Assembly (NCBI GenBank): GCA_963692865.2
Contig: OY843592.1
Location: forward strand, 3,328,001-3,392,000
From: a bacterium
GTDB taxonomy: Bacteria; UBA8248
Direction of reading: 5' to 3'
Length of the DNA: 64,000 bases
A program made the position numbers and the translations under genes. Positions 49,737-58,879 of this stretch are shown piece by piece. Numbering within the stretch: the first letter of the stretch is position 1; each line of letters opens with the position of its first letter. The notes beneath the pieces are model-generated. The model was not told the DNA's origin and searched no databases. It saw only the letters and a program-made list of their open reading frames with translations.

Positions 49737-50930
49737 CTAGTTCTTGGCCCTGTCCTTCCATTTGGGCATCGGCAGCTTGTAGGGGACTTCCGCGATACTC
49801 TTCGGCCAGACGATCTTGCGCTGACCGTCGAGAATCTGGAAGGTCAGGCCGTCATGATCGTTCAGGTTGTTCTTGTCCACCTTCCATTTCCCCATGATGG
49901 TCTGGAACTGCGAGGTGCGCAGCGTCTTCCAGACCTTATCGCGATCATACGAACCCGCCTTCTGAACCGCCTGGCTCATAATCTGCATCGATACCCAGGC
50001 GATTCCGGCGTGGTAGTTCGGCTTCACTTTGTGACGCTTCACGTACGAGTCGATGAAATGCTCCATGCCCGGGAACTTCAGAATTTCGGGCCGCGGCTCC
50101 CACTGGCTGAAGCCCAGCACGTATTCCGCCGTGTTGCCGAGTTGTTTCGCGAACTTGGGCAGGCCCGGGCCGACGGTTCCGGCGAAGATCTTGAGGTTGA
50201 TGTTCAGCTCTCTGAGCTGTCGAATCTGGGCCACGGCATCCGCAAAATAGCTGTTCGAGATGAGCGCATCCGCGCGGCGCGCCTTGATCTTCTGAAGCAG
50301 CGCGGTGAAGTCGGTCTGCTTGCGCGGATAATTCTCGTTCAGCACCACATCGATGCCGAGATGCTTCGCCCAATGGACTGCGCCCTCGGCCGACTGCCTG
50401 GGGAAGAGGCTGTCCTCGCCGACGATGGCGATTCGCTTCACGCCGATTTCCTTGGCGAGAAAAACGGCGCCCCTCTGATAGTTCTGGGCGATGGCGTTCT
50501 GGTTGAAAAGATATTTTCTGCCTTTTTGCCAGATGATGCCGGAGGAGGCCCCCGGCGCCAGCGTGGGGTACTTGTACCGTTCCAGCACGTTGGCCACCGC
50601 GTCGGTGATGCCGCTCGAGTAGGGGCCGAGCGTGATGTCGACCTTGTCCTGCGTGATGAGCTTCTCGTAGAGCTTGATGCTGGTCTGCTTGTCCGATTTG
50701 TCGTCCAGGAGAGTGACTTTAATTTTCTTGCCCAGCAGACCGCCCTTGGCGTTTAGCTGATCGACGTACAGCTTGTAGGCGTTAACGAACCTGCCGGCCG
50801 GCTCCGCATAACGGCCTGTTTGGGAGATGGCTCCGCCGAAGTGGATTTCGTTCGCAGCCAGGGCCGGACTCATGAACAACGCCGTCGTCACCAAAAATGC
50901 GACTGTAATGAAGATGCGAGTTACTTTCAT
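49737..50930 (-). CDS. HAAT ABC substrate-binding protein, copy C
   Basis: 397-aa paralog with a different signal peptide. Confidence 0.9.
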   Translation of the reverse strand: MKVTRIFITVAFLVTTALFMSPALAANEIHFGGAISQTGRYAEPAGRFVNAYKLYVDQLNAKGGLLGKKIKVTLLDDKSDKQTSIKLYEKLITQDKVDITLGPYSSGITDAVANVLERYKYPTLAPGASSGIIWQKGRKYLFNQNAIAQNYQRGAVFLAKEIGVKRIAIVGEDSLFPRQSAEGAVHWAKHLGIDVVLNENYPRKQTDFTALLQKIKARRADALISNSYFADAVAQIRQLRELNINLKIFAGTVGPGLPKFAKQLGNTAEYVLGFSQWEPRPEILKFPGMEHFIDSYVKRHKVKPNYHAGIAWVSMQIMSQAVQKAGSYDRDKVWKTLRTSQFQTIMGKWKVDKNNLNDHDGLTFQILDGQRKIVWPKSIAEVPYKLPMPKWKDRAKN

Positions 50931-51074
50931 GTTCTATCCTCCTTTCAAGTAAAAAACATCGAAACTTACGGCGGAAATCCGCCCTTTCTTCAAATGCTTC
51001 CAAAGCAGGATGAAACGAAGCTCTATATGCGCAGCATCAACGATACGCGAAACGTATCGGGGGTCATCTTCACT

Positions 51075-52262
51075 TCAGCGCTTATTTCTCTCCTTCCATC
51101 TGGGCGTCGGCAGCTTGTAGGGAACTTCCGCGAGTTCCTTCGGCCAGACGATTCTGCGCCTCCCGTCGAGAATCTGGAACGTCAGGCCGTCCCGATCGTT
51201 GAGGTTGTTCTCATCCACCTTCCACCTCCCCATCACGGTCTGGAACGCCGAAGCGCGCAGCGTCTTCCAGACCTTTTCGCGATCATGGGAACCCGCTTTC
51301 AGAATCGCCTGACTCACTACCTCAATCGCCCCGTAGGCCATGGCGACATGATCGCTGGGCTTCACCCCGTGGCGCTTCTCATAAGAGGCGATGAGTTCCC
51401 TCATGCCCGGAAACTTCAGGGCGTCGGGTTGCGGCTCCCACTGGCTGAAGCCCAGAACGTACTCCGCCGTGGGGCCGAGTTGCCTGGCGAATTTGGGCAG
51501 GCCGGGGCCGATGGTTCCGGCGAAGATATGGAGGTTGATGTTGAGTTCGCGAAGCTGGCGAATCTGCGCGGCGGCGTCCGCGAAGTAGCTGTTCGAGAAA
51601 AGCGCGTCCGCGCGGCGCGCCTTGATCTTCTGAAGCAGCGCGGTGAAATCCGTCTGCTTGCGCGGATAGTTCTCGTTCAGCACCACCTTGATGCCGAGTT
51701 CCTTCGCCCACTCCACGGCGCCCTCGGCCGATTGACGCGGGAAGAGGCTGTCCTCGCCGATGATGGCGATTCGCTTCACCCCGATTTCCTTCGCGATGTG
51801 CAGGGCGCCCTTGTGGTTTTTCTGGGCTACGGCGTTTTGGTTGAAAAGGTATTTTCGGCCCTTCTCCCACAGCCCCCTGGAGGAGGCGCCCGGCGCCAGC
51901 GTGGGGTATTCGTGCCTTTCAAAGAGGTTGGCCACCGCGTCGGTGATGCCGCTGGAATAGGGGCCGAGCGTGAGATCGACCTTCTCCTGCGTGATGAGCC
52001 TCTCGTAGAGCTTGATGCTGGTCTGCTTGTCCGACTTGTCGTCCAGGAGAACCAGTTTCACCTTCTTGCCCAGCAGACCGCCCCTGGCGTTTTGCCGGTC
52101 GGCGAACAGGCGATAAGCGTTCACGAACCGGCCCGCCGGCTCCGCGTAGCGGCCCGTATGGGAGATGGACCCGCCGATGGTGATTTCATCCGCCGCCCGG
52201 ACCGAAGCGGCGAGGAGCGTCGCCGTCACCAAAAACGCGATGGCGATGAAGGTTCGAGACAC
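51075..52262 (-). CDS. HAAT ABC substrate-binding protein, copy D
   Basis: 395-aa paralog, GTG start. Confidence 0.9.
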   Translation of the reverse strand: MSRTFIAIAFLVTATLLAASVRAADEITIGGSISHTGRYAEPAGRFVNAYRLFADRQNARGGLLGKKVKLVLLDDKSDKQTSIKLYERLITQEKVDLTLGPYSSGITDAVANLFERHEYPTLAPGASSRGLWEKGRKYLFNQNAVAQKNHKGALHIAKEIGVKRIAIIGEDSLFPRQSAEGAVEWAKELGIKVVLNENYPRKQTDFTALLQKIKARRADALFSNSYFADAAAQIRQLRELNINLHIFAGTIGPGLPKFARQLGPTAEYVLGFSQWEPQPDALKFPGMRELIASYEKRHGVKPSDHVAMAYGAIEVVSQAILKAGSHDREKVWKTLRASAFQTVMGRWKVDENNLNDRDGLTFQILDGRRRIVWPKELAEVPYKLPTPRWKERNKR

Positions 52263-52475
52263 TTTCTTTCTCTCCTTCGAAGCTTGGAAAAATATAAAAA
52301 CCGGCGACGGCGCGCCCGCCGCATCAGGCGATTCCGAAACAAACGCAGCGAGATTATCGGTATGCCGCCATCAACAAAACGCGAAAAAGCAATATCCGAC
52401 AAAGGACGCCAAACGCCGTTCGTCGGCGCGATTCATTGGAGGAATGTGTAAATTCTAGCCGGAAGGGGGAAAATG

Positions 52476-52937
52476 TCAAACGCGCTGATTCTGCGCTTTT
52501 TGAGGTTCCGCCGTCTCCGCATCGACCGCGCATCCCTCCACCCAAGACACACCACTCTCGCCGTATTCCTTCTTCCATATCGGCACGATCTGCTTGATGC
52601 GGTCGATCGCGTAGCGGCACGCCTTGAAGGCCGCGTCCCGGTGGGCGGAGGCCGCCGCGATGCCCACCGCGATATCGCCGATTGCGAGGGCGCCCACCCG
52701 ATGGGCCATCGCCAGGTGCGTGACGCCGAAGCGCTCTTCGATCTCCTCAGCCACCTGGCGCATCTTCTTCTCCGCCATCCCAGGATATGCATGGTATTCG
52801 AGGTGCGTTACCCCCTGCCCCGCGCTATGGTTGCGAACCTTGCCCACGAACGTGCAGAGTCCGCCGAGTTCGGGAGAAGCGAGGCTGTCCGCCAACTCGT
52901 CCATGTCGATGGCGGAATCGGTGATGCGGCAGATCAT
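52476..52937 (-). CDS. moaE: Molybdopterin synthase catalytic subunit
   Basis: FVGKVRN, LEYHAY, HRVG, SAHR, KQIVPIWKKE. Confidence 0.95.
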   Translation of the reverse strand: MICRITDSAIDMDELADSLASPELGGLCTFVGKVRNHSAGQGVTHLEYHAYPGMAEKKMRQVAEEIEERFGVTHLAMAHRVGALAIGDIAVGIAAASAHRDAAFKACRYAIDRIKQIVPIWKKEYGESGVSWVEGCAVDAETAEPQKAQNQRV

Positions 52938-53185
52938 GCGCAACCTCCGCTGATGGGTGGAATCAGCGCCAGTTCATCGCCCGCATCCACGGGCGTGCCC
53001 TCGCCCGCGAACTCCTGGTTGACGGAGACGGCGATGGACTCCATGCGTCCGGAAAAAACCGGGAACCGCTCGGCGAGGCTGTCCCTCAAATCGGCTACCG
53101 TGGCGCTTTCGGGCACTTCGAGGTCGATTTCGTCCTCTCCCGTCACCTCTTTAGCCCAGGCGAAGCATTTGACGCGAACTTTCAT
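52934..53185 (-). CDS. moaD: Molybdopterin synthase sulfur carrier ending in GG-CA
   Basis: VKCFA, VSVNQEF, GDELALIPPISGG-CA-stop; overlaps moaE start (ATGA). Confidence 0.9.
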   Translation of the reverse strand: MKVRVKCFAWAKEVTGEDEIDLEVPESATVADLRDSLAERFPVFSGRMESIAVSVNQEFAGEGTPVDAGDELALIPPISGGCA

Positions 53186-53318
53186 GCGATTCCTCACTCG
53201 TGATTCCGCGATTCATGATCTCACCCCGGGATGATAGATATTCCAACCGGCGGAATCAAGGGGTCGCCGCGCCGGCTCGTTCTTCTTGTCCGTCATTTTC
53301 GGGTGTATACTCCGCGCC

Positions 53319-54479
53319 ATGAAAATCGCCTCTCATCCCGAACTCTCCAAAGCCCTGACGGATGCGCTCGAAGACGGCCCCATCCCCTTTCGCCGCTTTA
53401 TGGAACTCGCCCTCTATCATCCCGGAGGCGGCTACTATCGCCGGGAAAAACCGCCGATCGGCCCGGACGGGGATTTCTACACCTCTCCCCACCAAAGCCC
53501 CTGGCTCGGGCGGATGATCGCGCCGCTCATCGAGAAAATCAGGCGGCGCATGGGAGAGTCGCCTCGGCTTCATGTTTGGGAATACGGCCCCGGAGAGGGA
53601 TGGCTCGCCTTCGATATTCTCGAGGCGATCCGATCCTCACAGGCGGCCCTCCACCAAGCCATGGTCTATACGTTCGCCGAGCAAAGCGCGCAGGCCAGGG
53701 CGCGGATTCGGGAAAAGTTCCAGGACTCGGACGACGTTCGATTCGCCGACGCCTCCCGATATCCGCCCGAAGGCTTCGAGGGCGTCGTGCTCGCCCATGA
53801 GTTCCTGGACGCCCTGCCCGTCCACGCCCTCATCCGGAAAGAGGGGCGTCTACAGGAAAGATACGTGGCGCGGCGAGGCGAGAGGCTCATTTTCTGCGAG
53901 GGCGCGCTCTCGGATGAACGCCTGACCGGCTGGTTCTCCGAATTGGGGGTCCGGCTCTCGCCCGAGCAGACGGCGGAGGTGAACTTGAGCGCCATCGACT
54001 GGATGAGCGGAACGGCGCGCCGGATGGAGCGGGGCGCCGTTATGCTCTTCGACTACGGCTTCTCCGCGCGCGTCCTCTACGGCCCCGCACGCCCCGACGG
54101 CGCGCTGCGCGGCTACCGAAACCACACCCTCGTGAGCGACGTGCTCTCACATCCCGGAGAAACCGACCTCACCACCCACGTCGACTTCACCTCCATCCTG
54201 CGGGCTGCTGCGTCGCAAGGCATGGAGCTTGCGGGCTTCACCGATCAGACGCGCTTTCTTCTGGGCGCGGACCTTCCCCGGGCGGTGGAGAACATGAAGG
54301 ACGGGGACGATGAGACGGCGAGGCGCGAGCGCCAGTCCATCATGGGGATCATGGACCCCACCGGCCTGGGCGGGGCGATCAAGGTGATGCTGCTTTCCAA
54401 GAACCTGAGCCTGAGCGATTTGAGCGAATTCTCGATGAAGCCCGACGACAGGGAGTCTCTCGAAACCCTCTTCGGCTAG
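53319..54479 (+). CDS. SAM-dependent methyltransferase, MidA/NDUFAF7 family
   Basis: FMELALYHP..GYY, GDFYTSP, EYGPGEG, HEFLDALP, DYG, DLTTHVDF. Confidence 0.9.
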   Translation: MKIASHPELSKALTDALEDGPIPFRRFMELALYHPGGGYYRREKPPIGPDGDFYTSPHQSPWLGRMIAPLIEKIRRRMGESPRLHVWEYGPGEGWLAFDILEAIRSSQAALHQAMVYTFAEQSAQARARIREKFQDSDDVRFADASRYPPEGFEGVVLAHEFLDALPVHALIRKEGRLQERYVARRGERLIFCEGALSDERLTGWFSELGVRLSPEQTAEVNLSAIDWMSGTARRMERGAVMLFDYGFSARVLYGPARPDGALRGYRNHTLVSDVLSHPGETDLTTHVDFTSILRAAASQGMELAGFTDQTRFLLGADLPRAVENMKDGDDETARRERQSIMGIMDPTGLGGAIKVMLLSKNLSLSDLSEFSMKPDDRESLETLFG

Positions 54480-56266
54480 ACTTCCGCCGGGCGGATGGCG
54501 CGCAGTTCGAGCTGCACCGTGGTCTTGCCGCGCCATCGGTTCAGGCCGGGGGAGAACGCCACGTCCAGCCTGCCCTTCAAGAGTTCCGGCTCCTTGAGCA
54601 GCCCCCCCATGCCGAAGCCGATGGCCTCTCTTTCTTCGCGGAACTGTCGCAGGCTGAGTTTCAGGTGTTCGCCATCCCGGCCCACGCAGCCCGGGCTTCC
54701 CGCCACCTCGACGCGGGAGGCGAAGAAAACGGGCCGCGGGTTCTCCTCCCCGAAGGGCGCCATGTTCTCGAGTTGCTCCAGGAGCGGCGCGTCCATACTG
54801 GAGAGGTCGACGCGGGCGTCGAGCATGAGTTCGCGCTCATCCGCTCCGGTCTTTTCCATCTCGCGAATCACCTCCCGGAAGCGCTCCCTGAAAGCGCCTA
54901 TCTTCTCCTCCGCCACCTTGAGGCCCGCGGCGCCCTTGTGTCCGCCGAACTGGATCAGAAGGGCCGAGCAGCGCTCGAGCGCATCATATACGTTAAGACC
55001 CATGGCGGAGCGGACCGATCCCTTGCCCACCCCGTCCTTCAGGTGGATGAGTGCCGAGGGCCGGTGATACTCCTCCACGAGCTTTGCGGCCACGATGCCC
55101 ACCACGCCGGGGTGCCATTTGTCGCTCGCGAGCACGATGGCCCCATCGCGGGCGTCCGCTCCCGACGCGTCCATGACCGCCACCGCCTCCTCCCAGGCTT
55201 GCTGCTGCAAGTTCTGGCGCTGCCGGTTCCACTCCTCGAGCACCTCCGCGCGCGAGCGCGCCTCTCCCTCCTCGTCGGCGGTGAGAAGCTCGACGCCCAG
55301 GGAGGCTTCTCCTACCCGACCCGCCGCGTTGAGCCTCGGCGCGAGGGTGAAGGAGACGTGCCCGACGTTGAGCGTCTGGGCCTTGAGGTTCGCCGCGGCC
55401 TGTAAGGCGCGAATCCCGGCCTTTCGCCGATCCAGGGCCTCGAATCCGCCCTCGGCCACTTCGGGGGGCGAGAGGATCTCCAGCCCGTGGCGAACGAAAA
55501 TGTGATTCTCGTCCCGCAGGGGAACGACGTCGGCCACCGTGCCCAACGCCACCAGGTCGAGGTGCTGCTTCAGGTTCGGAAGCGGCGCCCCGAACCCGAC
55601 CTCGTGCAGGCGTCGCCTGACGGCCATGATCAGCTTGAAAGCGACCCCGACCCCGCTGAGTCCCTCAAAAGGATACCCGCAGCCCGGCCTGCGGGGGTTC
55701 AGGGCGGCCACGCAGGGCGGCAACTCATCGGGCGGGCTGTGATGATCCGTGATGACGAGGCTTATCCCCATCCGCTCGGCTTCCCTGGCGGCGGCCTGCG
55801 CGTTGATTCCGCAATCGACAGTCACCACCGTGTCGCAACCCGCCGCCTTGAGCTTTTCCAGGCCCTTTCGTTGCAGGCCGTATCCCTCGTCCAGGCGACT
55901 CGGGATGTAGTAGGCAACCTTGACGCCCACCTGGGTGAAAAACCGGCACAGAAGCGCCGTGGCGGAGATGCCGTCCACGTCGTAATCCCCATAAACGCCG
56001 ATGGGGCGGCGGCTTCTGATGCGCTCCAGGAGGTGGGAGACGGCCTCCTCCATCCCTTTCATCAGAAACGGATCGTGCAATCCTGACAGGGGAGCGTCCA
56101 GGAACCTGCGCGCCTCATCGGGGTCTTCAATTCCCCTTTGCGCGAGAAGTTTTCCCATCAGGGGAGGGAGGTTCAATTCGCGGGAAAGTTTTTCGGCCGA
56201 TTCCTTATCGACCGGGCGCAGAGTCCACTTGCGGGGAAAGGCGAGCGGGCCGGTGGAATCGCTCAT
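54476..56266 (-). CDS. recJ: Single-stranded-DNA-specific exonuclease RecJ
   Basis: GDYDVDG, TVDCG, TDHH, GTVADVVPL, PRLNAAGR, GGHKGAAG; alternative start 56335. Confidence 0.97.
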   Translation of the reverse strand: MSDSTGPLAFPRKWTLRPVDKESAEKLSRELNLPPLMGKLLAQRGIEDPDEARRFLDAPLSGLHDPFLMKGMEEAVSHLLERIRSRRPIGVYGDYDVDGISATALLCRFFTQVGVKVAYYIPSRLDEGYGLQRKGLEKLKAAGCDTVVTVDCGINAQAAAREAERMGISLVITDHHSPPDELPPCVAALNPRRPGCGYPFEGLSGVGVAFKLIMAVRRRLHEVGFGAPLPNLKQHLDLVALGTVADVVPLRDENHIFVRHGLEILSPPEVAEGGFEALDRRKAGIRALQAAANLKAQTLNVGHVSFTLAPRLNAAGRVGEASLGVELLTADEEGEARSRAEVLEEWNRQRQNLQQQAWEEAVAVMDASGADARDGAIVLASDKWHPGVVGIVAAKLVEEYHRPSALIHLKDGVGKGSVRSAMGLNVYDALERCSALLIQFGGHKGAAGLKVAEEKIGAFRERFREVIREMEKTGADERELMLDARVDLSSMDAPLLEQLENMAPFGEENPRPVFFASRVEVAGSPGCVGRDGEHLKLSLRQFREEREAIGFGMGGLLKEPELLKGRLDVAFSPGLNRWRGKTTVQLELRAIRPAEV

Positions 56267-56345
56267 CGGCCCTTCACGCTCCCCTGCTCCGCCCGCAGCC
56301 GCCGCGCCGGGGAAGTCGATTCCGAACAAACGCATCGCTCATAAA

Positions 56346-58145
56346 TCACTCACGACCGCGCCCGCCCGGGGCGCTCTTCGAGGGCCACGCGTCGCCGCCC
56401 TGAGCCCGAGCCGCTTCTTCGGAATTCTCCGCAGACAATTCGTCGGGGGAATCATCAAGGGGCGATTCGGCGACCGGAACGATCCCCGGGCCAAGTTCCT
56501 CGAAATCCGCCTCCCCGTCCGGCCCCGCACGCGGAGAGGCGCGCCTGCGCCACCCGTCCCTGATGGAAGGCTTCGGCATGGATCGCGCCATCATCTCGCG
56601 CGCCCCCTGGAAATGGGCGTTCACGGGATTCGAAAAATTCCGGTTCAACGAAACCATCGAGCGCACCAACTCACCCGTGAGGCTCTTGGGCCGGCAGGCG
56701 TTTCCGTTCATGAGAATCGAGAAAGCGAGGATTTCCCCGTTTCGGGCGGCCGCATATCCACTGAAGGCGCGCACGCCGTTCAACACGCCCGTCTTCACCC
56801 GCACCCGGCGCGAATCGACTCCGCGTCGGCGTCTTTTCTTCACCGTCCCGTCTACGCCGAACACGGCCAGCGACGCCATGAACTCGGGCCGCAGCCTGAA
56901 ATCGTTGTGCGCCGCTTCGAGCAGAAGCGCCAGAGCGCGCGGCGAGGCGCGGTTCATCCTGCTCAGGCCCGAACCGTCGGCGAGGGCGATCTCTTTCGCA
57001 GAGACTCCGGTGGAGATCAGGAAATCCCGCACGACGCGCAGGCCTTTTTCCGCCGTACCCGGCGCGCCGTGCGCTTCGGCGCCCATCGTCTTGAGAACCT
57101 GCTCGGCCACGAAATTGTTGCTGAACTTGTTGAGTCCGGTCACCACCTCGCTCAGGGGCGGCGAGAGGTTTCGCGCGAGAAGCTTCGCATCCGGCGGCGT
57201 GGCGGCCCGCCGGATTCCGCCCTTCAAGGCGATTCCCTGCCTTTCGAGTTCGACAGCGACCGCGCCGGCGGTGAAGGCGGTGGGGTCCGTAACGGGCACC
57301 CGATACAGCTTCATCCTCTTCCCCGCCGGAAACAAGCCGCTAATCTGCACGACATCCTTTCCTTTGGAGCGCCTGCGCCCGAGCCGGATTCTCAAGCTCC
57401 TGCGCGAGGTCTTCACCCTCGCATGGAGACGAAGCGCGCGCGAGGGCGGCTCGAGATTCGCCAAAGCCTGCGTACCGACCCCATCTCCCGGAGCCACGAG
57501 CACGTTCGCCGAACCAAAATTCAGGGACAAGGCCCCGTGCGGGGCCAGATACGGCCGGATGGAGCGGCCCACGCGCCACCCGCGCCCATGCTTCTTGTCG
57601 TCGAAAAACGCATCGTCCGCCACCAGATCGCCCTCGATGCGCCTTACGCCGCGCAGCTTGAGGCGGCGAACGAAGTCGCGCATCCTTTCATGCACGAAAA
57701 GCGGATCACCGTAGCCCTTGAGATAAAGGTCTCCCCGCAGGACGCCGCCTCGAACCTTGCCCTTCGCGTAGAAATCGGTGGCGAAGCGGTAGTCCGGCCC
57801 CAGGCGCGCGAGCGCGGCGGCGGCGATGAACAGCTTCACGTTCGACGCAGGAATCCGCTTTGTGGCGGCATTATGGGAGTAGAGCGTCTGCGCTGTGGAA
57901 ACCGAGCGAATGTAAAGGCCCAGGCGTCCGGGGCGGGCGCATTGCCTCTTGAGGGCGCGCCTTACCCTGGCCTGGAAGGCGGCCTTCGAGACGATGCCTT
58001 TTTTTGAAGCGATTCTTTTGTTCGGAGCGCGCCTTTTTCTTGCGGCGAGGGCGTCCGAGGAGCACAAGGCGATGAGGCACAAAACAATCGCCCATAGGGA
58101 AAATCTCAAAAACCGGCCCGCTGAATCCTGTCCCATGATTCTCAT
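56346..58145 (-). CDS. dacB: D-Ala-D-Ala carboxypeptidase/endopeptidase (PBP4)
   Basis: Signal peptide, ASNVK (SxxK), GYGDP, FSNN (SxN), DGSGLSR, KTG; low-complexity C-terminal tail. Confidence 0.92.
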   Translation of the reverse strand: MRIMGQDSAGRFLRFSLWAIVLCLIALCSSDALAARKRRAPNKRIASKKGIVSKAAFQARVRRALKRQCARPGRLGLYIRSVSTAQTLYSHNAATKRIPASNVKLFIAAAALARLGPDYRFATDFYAKGKVRGGVLRGDLYLKGYGDPLFVHERMRDFVRRLKLRGVRRIEGDLVADDAFFDDKKHGRGWRVGRSIRPYLAPHGALSLNFGSANVLVAPGDGVGTQALANLEPPSRALRLHARVKTSRRSLRIRLGRRRSKGKDVVQISGLFPAGKRMKLYRVPVTDPTAFTAGAVAVELERQGIALKGGIRRAATPPDAKLLARNLSPPLSEVVTGLNKFSNNFVAEQVLKTMGAEAHGAPGTAEKGLRVVRDFLISTGVSAKEIALADGSGLSRMNRASPRALALLLEAAHNDFRLRPEFMASLAVFGVDGTVKKRRRRGVDSRRVRVKTGVLNGVRAFSGYAAARNGEILAFSILMNGNACRPKSLTGELVRSMVSLNRNFSNPVNAHFQGAREMMARSMPKPSIRDGWRRRASPRAGPDGEADFEELGPGIVPVAESPLDDSPDELSAENSEEAARAQGGDAWPSKSAPGGRGRE

Positions 58146-58193
58146 ATTCGGTGTCCGTCACGCGCCGGGCGGGGGCGGGAATACCGGGTATTC

Positions 58194-58751
58194 TCACAAA
58201 AAAGCGAGAGCCTGCATCACTTGCTGAACCGACGGGCGGTCACTGGGATATTTGCCCACGTGAACGTAGCGAACCACGCCGTTCTTGTCGATGATGAAAG
58301 TGGCGGGCCGGGCGATATCCTCTCTCGGATGAAGCACCCCGTATTGCTTGATAATTCGCTTCTTCGCGTCCGATATCAGGAGATACCGAATGCCCAATTC
58401 CCGCGTCGTCTTGTTCATCTCGAGCGCGTTGTCCGCGCTGACGGCGATGATTTCGGCCTGAAGCCCGTGAATTTTCCCTGAAAATCGTTGGAACTCGACG
58501 AGTTGCCGTTGGCAGATGACTCAGAAATGACCCCGATAAAAGATCATCAAGAGGTTCTTCTTGCCCTTGAGATCGGACAGCTTGAAGCCCTGGATTTCAA
58601 ACGCATGCGCCTTATCCCCCACCTTGGGACGATTCTCATCGAAAGGCGCTGCAGCCGCTCCATCCACGCTCATCACGCTCATGAGGAGGAAAGCGAGCGC
58701 CGTCGCCGCCGGGCGCAAAGCTCGCCTGAAAGAAAACCTGCACCATCTCAT
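58194..58751 (-). CDS. Exported AhpC/TSA (peroxiredoxin-like, thioredoxin-fold) protein, probable selenoprotein (UxxC, TGA at 58521-58523)
   Basis: Read-through joins two ORF-track fragments in frame: PKVGDKA...LSDLKGKKNLLMIFYRGHF-U-VIC-QRQLVEFQ...EIIAVSAD...LISD...YGV...ARPATFIIDKNGVVRY; GGAGGG RBS before ATG 58751. Confidence 0.88.
58490..58507 (-). promoter_or_regulatory. Candidate bacterial SECIS hairpin
   Basis: mRNA GG-C-AACUC-GUC-GAGUU-CC; loop begins with G, 21 nt after UGA; folded by eye. Confidence 0.5.
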
Positions 58752-58879
58752 CGGGGAAACCCTCCGGGTCATCAAGTCGAAAAACACCGCCGGGTCGAAT
58801 CTTAATCCGCCCGGAGCGGGCTGTAAACCATTCGGACGCGCCGCATTGACGATAAGAGGCGGCGTATGCGAATCTCCAA

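Noticed and set aside
46914-52262. Diversity-generating retroelement or phase-variable cassette
   Set aside because: No reverse transcriptase or recombinase; all four copies are full genes with signal peptides; no template/variable repeat pair seen
58700-58751. Tat signal on the Prx-like selenoprotein
   Set aside because: SFRRALR is a poor match to S/T-R-R-x-F-L-K; the export route is left open
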